A stretch of DNA of 64,000 nt, taken from a virus. The stretch's first letter is position 1. Each line of letters starts with the position of its first letter. This document shows, in pieces, positions 38,554 to 46,866 of this stretch. Below the pieces are notes generated by a model, which saw nothing but the letters and a program-made list of their open reading frames with translations, did no database searches and was not told the origin of the DNA. A program made the position numbers and the translations under genes. The stretch is from IMG/VR virus record IMGVR_UViG_3300043409_000868, positions 5,007 through 69,006 of that record; one strand, written 5' to 3'.

Positions 38554-38642
38554 GCTATTGACTGGTGTCAATTATACCTAGCATGTTCGCAGACGTGTTA
38601 ACTATATGTGGTATAATGGAGGTTCGATTCCTCCAAGTAGCT
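38554..38642 (+). ncRNA. tRNA-like element (acceptor and T-arm, no canonical D or anticodon arm)
   Basis: GCTATT/AGTAGC acceptor, GGAGG-TTCGATT-CCTCC T-arm, long ATTATACC/GGTATAAT arm. Confidence 0.5.
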
Positions 38643-38648
38643 TTCTAT

Positions 38649-38722
38649 GGAAGGGTGCCTGAACTGGAGGAAGGCCGTGACTTATAATCGCGTACATGTG
38701 GGTTCGAGTCCCACCCCTTCTA
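38649..38722 (+). tRNA. tRNA-Ile(UAU)
   Basis: Cloverleaf with anticodon arm CGTGA-CTTATAA-TCGCG and T-loop TTCGAGT. No encoded CCA. Confidence 0.88.
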
Positions 38723-38775
38723 CTTTATGGGGAGACGTTCTCCCCTGTTTTTATCGCAAAAGACTGTGAGGTCAC

Positions 38776-39057
38776 ATGGACCTAGAAGATGACACACACA
38801 TGAGTAATGTAACTCAAGACACAACTATTGTAAATATCCCTGTTAACCTTACCCCCCAACTAATGGAAGCACTTGTTGATGCTTTGCTAGCAAGTAAGTT
38901 TTTTAAGACAACAATCAACAACTCTCTTGATGATTATTTCCGTCATGAATTTGATATCAATGATCACATGGGTAGCTTTGAATTCAGCGATCTTAAGGAT
39001 GATCTTCTTGATGGATTGGTTGAAGATGTAATTTCAAATATTAAGGATCGACTTTAA
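38776..39057 (+). CDS. Acidic hypothetical protein
   Basis: GAGGT SD. Confidence 0.65.
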   Translation: MDLEDDTHMSNVTQDTTIVNIPVNLTPQLMEALVDALLASKFFKTTINNSLDDYFRHEFDINDHMGSFEFSDLKDDLLDGLVEDVISNIKDRL

Positions 39058-39530
39058 TGAAGAAAATGATTATGAAGAAGTGGGTTAAGGCTCTTCGTTC
39101 TGGCAACTACAAGCAGTGCAAAGAAGACCTATGTCAAGTAGATGATAAGGGTAACCTTAGTTACTGCTGCCTTGGTGTACTTACTCAACTGTATATCAAT
39201 GAACGTAAGCGACAAAAGAAGGGTAATAACATTGAGGGGTTTGTTCACATGGGTAACTATGAAGAAACCTATGGCTATTCCCCTGATATAAATAGTGAGG
39301 GTACTCCTGCTTGGTACATTAATGAAGAAACTGGACTACTTCCAAACGAAGTTGCTAAGTGGGCAGGATTTGATATGCTTCGTCCAGGATGGGGAGCAGG
39401 TAGTATTCATGGATTCCATGAAGACAGAAGCCTTAGTACCATGAATGATGGATACAAAGCTGTGTATCTTGAGCCTAAGTCTTTCAAGCAAATTGCAAAC
39501 ATTATCGAAAAGAATTACACAAACATTTAA
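39057..39530 (+). CDS. Phage hypothetical protein (KWVKALRSG.Y.Q...YCCLGV family)
   Basis: Recurrent phage motifs KWVxALRSGxYxQ, CCLGV, ND...SFxxIA. Confidence 0.75.
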   Translation: MKKMIMKKWVKALRSGNYKQCKEDLCQVDDKGNLSYCCLGVLTQLYINERKRQKKGNNIEGFVHMGNYEETYGYSPDINSEGTPAWYINEETGLLPNEVAKWAGFDMLRPGWGAGSIHGFHEDRSLSTMNDGYKAVYLEPKSFKQIANIIEKNYTNI

Positions 39531-39536
39531 TCACAA

Positions 39537-39610
39537 ATCCTCATAGCTCAACTGGATAGAGCAACAGCCTTCTAAGCTGTAGGTTGCTGGTTCGATTCCA
39601 GCTGAGGATG
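39537..39610 (+). tRNA. tRNA-Arg(UCU)
   Basis: ATCCTCA/TGAGGAT acceptor, anticodon arm ACAGC-CTTCTAA-GCTGT. Confidence 0.95.
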
Positions 39611-39633
39611 TATTTAATTTAAGGAACACACCT

Positions 39634-40068
39634 ATGCACCCAACAATCTATTCTCTTATCGCTATTACTATAATTACTATTCTTAACACTTGGTTGTGGT
39701 ACTCAATGTACAAGAAGATGTTATGTATTAATCAAAAATGCAATGATCTAACTAATCGTTGTGATGCCCTATGTAGACATGTTCAAACTCTAGATAGGAG
39801 TTTTTCAGACTTTACTCATATGTTAGTACACAGAGTAGAGAAAATGGAACTTCAATGTCATGACTTTGAAATTCGAGATGAGTTCAGTGAAGCTGATGTC
39901 TATTCTCTTCAAGATGAAATCTCACAACTACAAAGTGATGTTAAGTTTTTTAGTCCATTGACTACACTTGTTACTAAGTATAGCATTAAAGAACAAATTG
40001 TAGAAAATACAAAGAAGTTAAATGAGTTAAAGGCTAAGCTAAAGGAGATTGAGCGTGAACTCAAATGA
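39634..40068 (+). CDS. Membrane-anchored coiled-coil protein
   Basis: N-terminal TM segment followed by a heptad pattern. Confidence 0.65.
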   Translation: MHPTIYSLIAITIITILNTWLWYSMYKKMLCINQKCNDLTNRCDALCRHVQTLDRSFSDFTHMLVHRVEKMELQCHDFEIRDEFSEADVYSLQDEISQLQSDVKFFSPLTTLVTKYSIKEQIVENTKKLNELKAKLKEIERELK

Positions 40069-40261
40069 ATTACTTTTATTACTTGAAAATGCAATCGACA
40101 CTTCGGTACATAGTGACTACCACTCTGGCTACACAGCCAAAGAAATTCACCGTAAATGTATTGCCCATATTAAACTTTTGGATAAAGCCATCCAAACATT
40201 GACAGACGCGCGCAATAGCCAACCATATAGCTTAGGTTGGGGAAAAGGTAAAGATGAATAA
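40049..40261 (+). CDS. Hypothetical protein
   Basis: ORF within the operon. Confidence 0.5.
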   Translation: MSVNSNELLLLLENAIDTSVHSDYHSGYTAKEIHRKCIAHIKLLDKAIQTLTDARNSQPYSLGWGKGKDE

Positions 40262-40399
40262 TCAATTAACAGTTGAAGAACAGTATATGATTGATCATGG
40301 TATGCGTCAATGTGGTCTTTGTGGTTGTTGGGATTATGTAGATAGCCACCACGGAGATTGTAAAATTTGTTCAACAGCACAATATGGAGCTGATTAAGA

Positions 40400-40762
40400 A
40401 TGCTTAATAAAGTCAATGAAACATTTAAAATTATATACAATTCTATAGATGAAATGGAAGCAACTATTAATGAACAACGCGCTGAGATTAAACGACTTCG
40501 TGAGCAGCGTGACGAGGCTCAAGTTGATCAACAATTGATTGAGGAACTGTGGGAGCGGCGAACAGATGCAAGCGAGGCGAACGCAAAGATTCGCCAACTG
40601 TTAGGAGATACCGAACAGTTGCTCAAAGAGCGCGACGAGGCGCGGCGTGAAGTGTGTCGGCTAATTGGTGGACACATAGACGAAAACAATAATCTAATTG
40701 GCAACGAGAATGATTGTGCTTTGTGGCGCGGTTGGGACTGCTACAAGGAGGAATCACCATGA
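40400..40762 (+). CDS. Coiled-coil protein (ERDEARR type)
   Basis: RDEA repeats, GWDCY end, GC-richer patch. Confidence 0.65.
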   Translation: MLNKVNETFKIIYNSIDEMEATINEQRAEIKRLREQRDEAQVDQQLIEELWERRTDASEANAKIRQLLGDTEQLLKERDEARREVCRLIGGHIDENNNLIGNENDCALWRGWDCYKEESP

Positions 40763-41037
40763 GTCCAGAAGCACAAAAGATTGCAATTGCTACAGCGTGT
40801 GGAACAATGCAATGGGGTTACGCATGTGTGCCGCATAAAATTGTGCATTGCGATGTCCCAGATTATCTCAACGATCTCAACGCTATGTACAGAGCGGAAG
40901 AGACGCTGAATAGCAACCAATGGGAAACTTGGCATCGCATTGTCGGAAACTGGACTACTGACAGAGCGCACCTAACTGCCGCTCAACGAGCGGAGGCGTT
41001 CCTGCGGACGCTTGGACTGTGGGAGGAGAAACCATGA
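40759..41037 (+). CDS. Hypothetical phage protein (PDYLNDLNAM...TAAQRAEAFL)
   Basis: GGAGG SD and a recurrent phage motif. Confidence 0.7.
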   Translation: MSPEAQKIAIATACGTMQWGYACVPHKIVHCDVPDYLNDLNAMYRAEETLNSNQWETWHRIVGNWTTDRAHLTAAQRAEAFLRTLGLWEEKP

Positions 41038-41094
41038 CAGAAATAGAAGAAGCAGACTATTGGAATAATTATTTCAAGTCACATTACAAATAAC

Positions 41095-41118
41095 TAGCGT
41101 CCCCTAACGGGGACCATT
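41095..41118 (+). promoter_or_regulatory. Candidate phage promoter, hairpin motif copy 5 (upstream of the tRNA pair and DNA replication genes)
   Basis: TAGCGTCCCC-TAAC-GGGGACCATT. Confidence 0.65.
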
Positions 41119-41120
41119 TT

Positions 41121-41202
41121 GGCTTCGTGGCGGAATCGGCATACGCAGCGGACTTAAAATCCGTAGCCGCAAGGCGTGGGGGTTCAAGTCCCCCCGAAGC
41201 TA
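41121..41202 (+). tRNA. tRNA-Leu(UAA)
   Basis: GCGGA-CTTAAAA-TCCGT anticodon arm and long variable arm. Confidence 0.95.
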
Positions 41203-41205
41203 TTC

Positions 41206-41278
41206 GGTTTCTTAGCTCAGTTGGTAGAGCAACCGACTTTTAATCGGTTGGTCGTGGGTTCGACCCCCACAGGAACCA
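41206..41278 (+). tRNA. tRNA-Lys(UUU)
   Basis: ACCGA-CTTTTAA-TCGGT anticodon arm. Confidence 0.95.
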
Positions 41279-41280
41279 TT

Positions 41281-41571
41281 ATGAATTTTCCTTGTACATC
41301 ATGCGGATCTTGTTGTCGTAGAGCACACTTAGTTGATATCTTTCCACGGGAGTGGGTTTCTAAAGATGGATCATGTATCCATTTAGAAAATAATCAATGT
41401 AATATCTACGAAACTAGACCTGATTATTGTAGAGTTGGTTATAACTTAGTTAAGTCAGGCTTAACTAAAGAAGAGTATTTCAAACGGACTGCCATAATTT
41501 GTAATCATTTTATGAAACAGGACGGAATTGTGGATAAATTTATTCCACTAACAATCTTTCAAACGGAGTGA
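41281..41571 (+). CDS. YkgJ-like cysteine-cluster protein
   Basis: CTSCGSCC, CIHL..C.IYETRP..CR. Confidence 0.85.
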   Translation: MNFPCTSCGSCCRRAHLVDIFPREWVSKDGSCIHLENNQCNIYETRPDYCRVGYNLVKSGLTKEEYFKRTAIICNHFMKQDGIVDKFIPLTIFQTE

Positions 41572-41572
41572 T

Positions 41573-43288
41573 ATGGAAACGGAATCAAAAGTAGTATCTC
41601 GTAAACGCTGTCCCAAATGTGCAGCACAGGGAAACGATACATCAGGTAACAACCTAGCAATGTATGATGACGGTCACAGTTATTGTTATGCATGTGAATT
41701 TTACATTAAAGGAACCAAACCAATGGAATCAGTAGTAGATGAAACACCCGTTTATATTACAGAAAAGTTTCGTACTGGTGAGATTCAGGCTTTACCACAT
41801 CGACGAATTAACGAGAAGACTGCTCGTCAATATGGGTACGCAACAACAGCAAACGGAGCTGAGATTGAAAATTTCTACGGTGCGAATGGTGTACTACAAG
41901 CTCAACACATTCGATATGACGGGAAGAAGTTTGCGTGGATTGGGGACACATCAGGACTCAAGTTCTACGGTCAAGATCTTTTCTCTAGTGGTGGCAAAAG
42001 GATTCTCATTACAGAAGGAGCAATTGATTGCCTAACTATGGCTCAATTGTTTGATAATAAATATCCAGTTGTCTCTATCCCTAGCGGCGTAGGATCAGCA
42101 GTTAAATGTGTCAAAGAAAACTATGAGTACTTAGCCTCCTTTGAGACTATTGTTCTTTGCTTTGACATGGATGAAGCAGGTCAAAAAGCAGCGGCTGATG
42201 TAGCAGAGATCTTACCTCCAGGCAAGGTAAAGATTATGTCCTTGCCTCGTAAGGACCCTAATGAGATGCTTGTAAACGCTGAGGCAGCTCAGTTACTACA
42301 AGCATACTGGAATGCTCGGACATACTCTCCAGATTCTATCTTACACATTAGTCAAGTAGTATCTCAAACAGATCAACATTTAAATGTATACGAGTATCCT
42401 TGGGATTCACTAACTACATTTATGATTGGTCAAGACTCTGGTAGATTAAATCTATGGACTTCAGCTACTGGTCATGGTAAGTCTACCATTATTCGTGAAT
42501 TGGTTGTAGATCATCTTAACCAAGGCCGCACAGTTGGTGCTGTGTTCTTAGAAGAATCACCAGAGCAAACAGTAGATGATCTTATCTCTCTTATTGTAGG
42601 TAAACCTGTTCGTAAAATTATGTCACAACGACAACTCAATGACCTACGAAGAACAACTAATAAATCTGTTGTAGATATGGTCGAGGATAATTTAACTGAT
42701 GAAGAATATAACAACGCTAAAGCAGAAATTGCAAAGAAACCTTTGTATCTTTATGATCACATTGGCAACACTAACATTTCTAATATCATCAATCGTCTTG
42801 AGTATATGGCTGTTGGTCTTGATTGTAAAGTCATCTTCCTTGATCATATTACTTTGCTCGGTAATATGCTCTTATCTAGCGGTTCTGATTTTGGAAACGA
42901 TGAAAGATTAGTTCTTGATTCTGTAATGAAGAAACTACGAGAACTTGTAGAACGTACTAAGATTACTCTACATGTTGTAGCTCACATTAAGAAGACAGAA
43001 AAGAATGTTGATGAGGGTGATCGTATCAACCTTAATGACCTTCGTGGCTCAGGATCTCTTGCTCAGATCTCAGATAATGTCTTTGCTCTAGAACGCAATG
43101 CACAACATCCTGATCTAACAACAGCCAATACAACAAACATCCGTGTGCTTAAGAACCGCAAGGGTGGTCGTAGAGGAATTGCAACCGCATTGTTCTACAA
43201 TGACCAGACAGCCAAGCTTATGGATGTGCCATTTGTTATTACCCCCGAAGGAGAGGTGCTTTATCGCTACGATAAAATTGGTGTTTGA
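41573..43288 (+). CDS. Primase-helicase (T7 gp4-like)
   Basis: Zn finger CPKC/CYAC, TOPRIM ITEGAID/FDMD, Walker A SATGHGKST, DLRGSGSLAQ. Confidence 0.95.
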   Translation: METESKVVSRKRCPKCAAQGNDTSGNNLAMYDDGHSYCYACEFYIKGTKPMESVVDETPVYITEKFRTGEIQALPHRRINEKTARQYGYATTANGAEIENFYGANGVLQAQHIRYDGKKFAWIGDTSGLKFYGQDLFSSGGKRILITEGAIDCLTMAQLFDNKYPVVSIPSGVGSAVKCVKENYEYLASFETIVLCFDMDEAGQKAAADVAEILPPGKVKIMSLPRKDPNEMLVNAEAAQLLQAYWNARTYSPDSILHISQVVSQTDQHLNVYEYPWDSLTTFMIGQDSGRLNLWTSATGHGKSTIIRELVVDHLNQGRTVGAVFLEESPEQTVDDLISLIVGKPVRKIMSQRQLNDLRRTTNKSVVDMVEDNLTDEEYNNAKAEIAKKPLYLYDHIGNTNISNIINRLEYMAVGLDCKVIFLDHITLLGNMLLSSGSDFGNDERLVLDSVMKKLRELVERTKITLHVVAHIKKTEKNVDEGDRINLNDLRGSGSLAQISDNVFALERNAQHPDLTTANTTNIRVLKNRKGGRRGIATALFYNDQTAKLMDVPFVITPEGEVLYRYDKIGV

Positions 43289-44987
43289 TGTTGAAGCTAA
43301 TGGGCTTCATGAAGTTATCTCTGGAAAGAAAGATTCATATCTTCCAGAGGCTACAAAGATCTGGTGTATGTCTGTCATGAATATTGAAACCAAAGAGATC
43401 TTTCTTTTTGAACAAGATAACATGAAAGATGGAGTTCAGATGTTACGAGAGGCTGATTTAATTATTGGCCATAACATCTATGGATTTGATATCCCATTGA
43501 TTGAAAGATTGTTTGGTTCTCTAGATAAGAAACCAGAACAAATCATGGATACCTTGATTCTATCTCGGCTTATCTATGGTGATGCCCCACCAACAGAAAG
43601 TCAATCCCATTCTCTAATGGCATGGGGTATCTATCTTAACTCGGTTAAGGGTGATTATAAGGGTGGTTGGGATAACTACACAGCTGAGATGGGAATCTAC
43701 TGTCTACAAGATTCAATTATTACTGATAAACTTTGGAGTCACTTTTCCAAGTTAGATTACTTAGTAACATATAATCGTGCTATTCGTATGGAACATGTCG
43801 TTGCTGATATGATCAAACGACAAGTCGAAGCTGGTTTTGGATTTGATCTAAAGCTTGCTGAAAATCTTGAAATGGAACTACTCATTGAGAAATCAACAAT
43901 TGAAGACCAATTCCACAAAATCTTCCCAACCAAAATCATTGTTAGACATTCTGAGAAAACAGGCAAGAGACTCAAAGATAAGATCGAAGTCTTTAACCCA
44001 GGTTCTAGACAACAGATTGCCGAACGACTCTTTGAGAAGTATGGATGGCAAGGACCAATCACCGACAAGGGAAACCCCAAGGTGGACCATGAAGTTCTAT
44101 CTAACCTAAGCTTTGAAGAAGCACAACATCTATGTCGTTACTTTGATCTTGTTAAATTAATTAGTCAAGTATCGGACTGGATTGGTCGTTCTAAGATATC
44201 GCGTGATGGTCGTATTCATGGGTTCATTAATACCCTAGGTGCAGTAACTGGTCGTATGTCAAGTAAGGAACCAAATATCCAACAGGTTCATTCAGATGAC
44301 CGAGCGCGTAAGTTATTTATTCCTAAAGATAAATGGTCACTTGTTGGTTCTGATCTTAAGGGTCTAGAGCTACGAATGTTAGCCCATTATCTTTACCCGT
44401 TTGATGGTGGTGCTTATGCTAAGGAAGTTTGTGATGGAGACATTCACACACACAATCAAAAAGCTATGGACCTAGACTCTAGAACCACAGCTAAGACTGC
44501 TATCTACTGCTTCCTTTATGGTGGTGGAGATGAAAAGTTTGGTAAGACTATTGGATGCTCCACTTACAAAGCAAAGCAAACAAAGAACAAACTACTAAGT
44601 AATATCCCTGGGCTTAAGAAGTTAATTGAGAATTGTCGATTTGATACTCTTGATAAAGGTTATGTAAAGCCTTTCAATTGGCGACCTGTCTTTGTTCGTA
44701 AAGAACACGCTGCTCTTAATACTCTATTACAATCTTCTGGAGCACACATTGCCAAGGCATGGGCTTGTGTAGCTGATCAACGACTTCGTTTAGAAGTTGG
44801 TCAAGAAAAGTTTAATTGGGTTGCATCAGTACATGATGAACTACAACTCGAATGCCACCCTGATGTAGCTAATAAAATTGGTAAGATCCTCTGCGAATCT
44901 GCAACCACTGCTGGAGAACTCCTGAAGTGTTCTTGTAAGATAGAAGCAGAATATAAAGTAGGAACTAATTGGTCGGAGACACACTAA
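43272..44987 (+). CDS. DNA polymerase family A (T7 gp5-like), start codon uncertain
   Basis: FDVEANG exonuclease motif, DLKGLELR, RTTAKTAIYCFLYG, VHDE. Confidence 0.95.
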   Translation: MKLVFDVEANGLHEVISGKKDSYLPEATKIWCMSVMNIETKEIFLFEQDNMKDGVQMLREADLIIGHNIYGFDIPLIERLFGSLDKKPEQIMDTLILSRLIYGDAPPTESQSHSLMAWGIYLNSVKGDYKGGWDNYTAEMGIYCLQDSIITDKLWSHFSKLDYLVTYNRAIRMEHVVADMIKRQVEAGFGFDLKLAENLEMELLIEKSTIEDQFHKIFPTKIIVRHSEKTGKRLKDKIEVFNPGSRQQIAERLFEKYGWQGPITDKGNPKVDHEVLSNLSFEEAQHLCRYFDLVKLISQVSDWIGRSKISRDGRIHGFINTLGAVTGRMSSKEPNIQQVHSDDRARKLFIPKDKWSLVGSDLKGLELRMLAHYLYPFDGGAYAKEVCDGDIHTHNQKAMDLDSRTTAKTAIYCFLYGGGDEKFGKTIGCSTYKAKQTKNKLLSNIPGLKKLIENCRFDTLDKGYVKPFNWRPVFVRKEHAALNTLLQSSGAHIAKAWACVADQRLRLEVGQEKFNWVASVHDELQLECHPDVANKIGKILCESATTAGELLKCSCKIEAEYKVGTNWSETH

Positions 44988-45208
44988 TGGCTAGAGATTA
45001 CAAAGACGAGTATAGTAAATTTCAATCTTCTGATGAAGAAAAAAAGAACCGAGCTAAACGAAATAAAAATCGTAGAGCAGCTACTAAAGCAAAGCGAGTT
45101 AGTAAAGGTGATGGAAAAGATATTGATCACAAAGATGGTAATCCACAAAACAATTCAGCTAAGAATCTTAGGGTTGTACCTAAGGGAGTTAACCGAGGTA
45201 AACATTAA
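44987..45208 (+). CDS. Small HNH-motif protein
   Basis: DIDHKDGNPQNNSAKNL. Confidence 0.8.
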   Translation: MARDYKDEYSKFQSSDEEKKNRAKRNKNRRAATKAKRVSKGDGKDIDHKDGNPQNNSAKNLRVVPKGVNRGKH

Positions 45209-45431
45209 TGCTTAATAAGGTTATTTTAATTGGTTCTTTGTTTTTCCTTGCCCTCAGTATCTACGGTATGTTTAACTATCTGTGGGGTAACAGTGATGAG
45301 TGAAGCAGTTTCTTTTATGCGCCAGATAAACGACTTTATAGCAAACAACCCAGATCATCAGTTTGTTGTTTTATACAACAATGGTGAGATAGGTTTAGGT
45401 TACATCATTAGACATTGGAAGGAAATTTCAC

Positions 45432-46073
45432 ATGAGAATTGTACAAATTAGTGGAAAGGGGAGAGTAGGAAAGACTACTCTTGCTAATCTAATTGCAAAG
45501 TATTCATTTAATCTTGGATACATTCCAGTTATTCTTCCCTTTGCTCAAGCTATAAAAGATCTTGCGGGTCAACAAGGAATTACTAAAGAACAAGACTCTT
45601 CAAAGTATAGAGAGTTTTGTCAGCTACTTGGTGCTGAGAAACGAAAACAAGAAGAAGATTACTGGGTTACCCGTACTTATGATAAGATCCAAGAATTTAT
45701 GCTTCAAGAAATTAATAATAAAATTGAAGACAAAAGATTCTGGGAGTTTGTTATTATTCAGGATGATGTTCGATACATGAACGAACTTGCTCTTGGTAGG
45801 GACCTAGCTGCTACTCAAATCTTTCTTGATTCTTCTTTACGAAAGTTAGAAGAGAATGATGCTGAGTGGCGTAAACACGAAAGTGAATTACTTGCTACTA
45901 AAATTGAAAACTCATTAGATCAAATCAATTCAGAGTATGAACATTTGTTTGATGTTGTCATTGATAATGGTTATTCTCTTAAGGAACTAGAAGAAGAAGT
46001 TAGTAATAATCTTAAAGAGTGGCTGGAAGAAGGCTACTTAGAACTAGAGGAATACATTGAAGAAACCAAATGA
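45432..46073 (+). CDS. Deoxynucleoside monophosphate kinase
   Basis: GKGRVGKTT, FA..IK, DDVRYMNE, HESE. Confidence 0.85.
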   Translation: MRIVQISGKGRVGKTTLANLIAKYSFNLGYIPVILPFAQAIKDLAGQQGITKEQDSSKYREFCQLLGAEKRKQEEDYWVTRTYDKIQEFMLQEINNKIEDKRFWEFVIIQDDVRYMNELALGRDLAATQIFLDSSLRKLEENDAEWRKHESELLATKIENSLDQINSEYEHLFDVVIDNGYSLKELEEEVSNNLKEWLEEGYLELEEYIEETK

Positions 46074-46866
46074 AGTAATTCTTGATGGAGATATCATTGC
46101 CTATAGGGCTGCGTTCTGGGCTGACGCTGAGGGTGTTGAAGATATCCCCCAGCGTATTGCACAGGACATCAAGAACTGGACACCTGTTGGGTGTGAGAAT
46201 GTTTACATTGCTATGTCTTGCCCTAGGTCAAAGAACTATCGTAAGATCTTCTGGCCTGAGTACAAGCGTCATCGGGAGGACTTTAAAACCCCTGACTCTA
46301 TGCCTTACGTCTTAGAGGAAATCTATCGTAGCTTCTCCCTACCTCGTTGTGTAGATCGTCTAGAGGCTGATGACCTAATTGGTATGTTGGTATCCTCTGG
46401 TAAGGCAATTGGGGTTACAGTTGATAAAGATCTACGTCAGGTTCCAGGATGGCATTGGAATCCTGATAAGGAAGATGCCCCAATAGAGGTAACTAAAGAT
46501 GATGCTAATAGTTACTTTTACCAGCAATGGATGACTGGAGACACGACTGATAACATTTGGGGTCTTTGGAAGGTGGGTCCTGTAAAGGCTAAGAAGATCC
46601 TACAGAACACACCTATTGAGTTATGGGATCAAACTATTCTTGAAATGTATCAGGAAGAAGACTGGGCTAAACGCCCTGAGAATAAACGTCCTTTAGATAT
46701 GATTCGTAAAGAGTTTGCTTTGTCGCAAGCTAGGTGCGTCCGTATCCTACAAGAGGGTGATTATAATCTACAAACAAATAGTATTAACCTTTGGTGTCCA
46801 AATAACCACGGAGTTAGAAACATTTTAGACCTAGATAAGGGAGAAATTTATGAGCAAAGTATTTGA
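46057..46866 (+). CDS. 5'-3' exonuclease (T7 gp6-like)
   Basis: DGDIIAY, LEADD, DKDLRQVPG, GDTTDNI.G. Confidence 0.93.
   Translation: MKKPNEVILDGDIIAYRAAFWADAEGVEDIPQRIAQDIKNWTPVGCENVYIAMSCPRSKNYRKIFWPEYKRHREDFKTPDSMPYVLEEIYRSFSLPRCVDRLEADDLIGMLVSSGKAIGVTVDKDLRQVPGWHWNPDKEDAPIEVTKDDANSYFYQQWMTGDTTDNIWGLWKVGPVKAKKILQNTPIELWDQTILEMYQEEDWAKRPENKRPLDMIRKEFALSQARCVRILQEGDYNLQTNSINLWCPNNHGVRNILDLDKGEIYEQSI

Noticed and set aside
41176-41280. N-terminal extension of the YkgJ-like ORF in the ORF track
   Set aside because: It overlaps tRNA-Leu and tRNA-Lys. The real start is ATG 41281.
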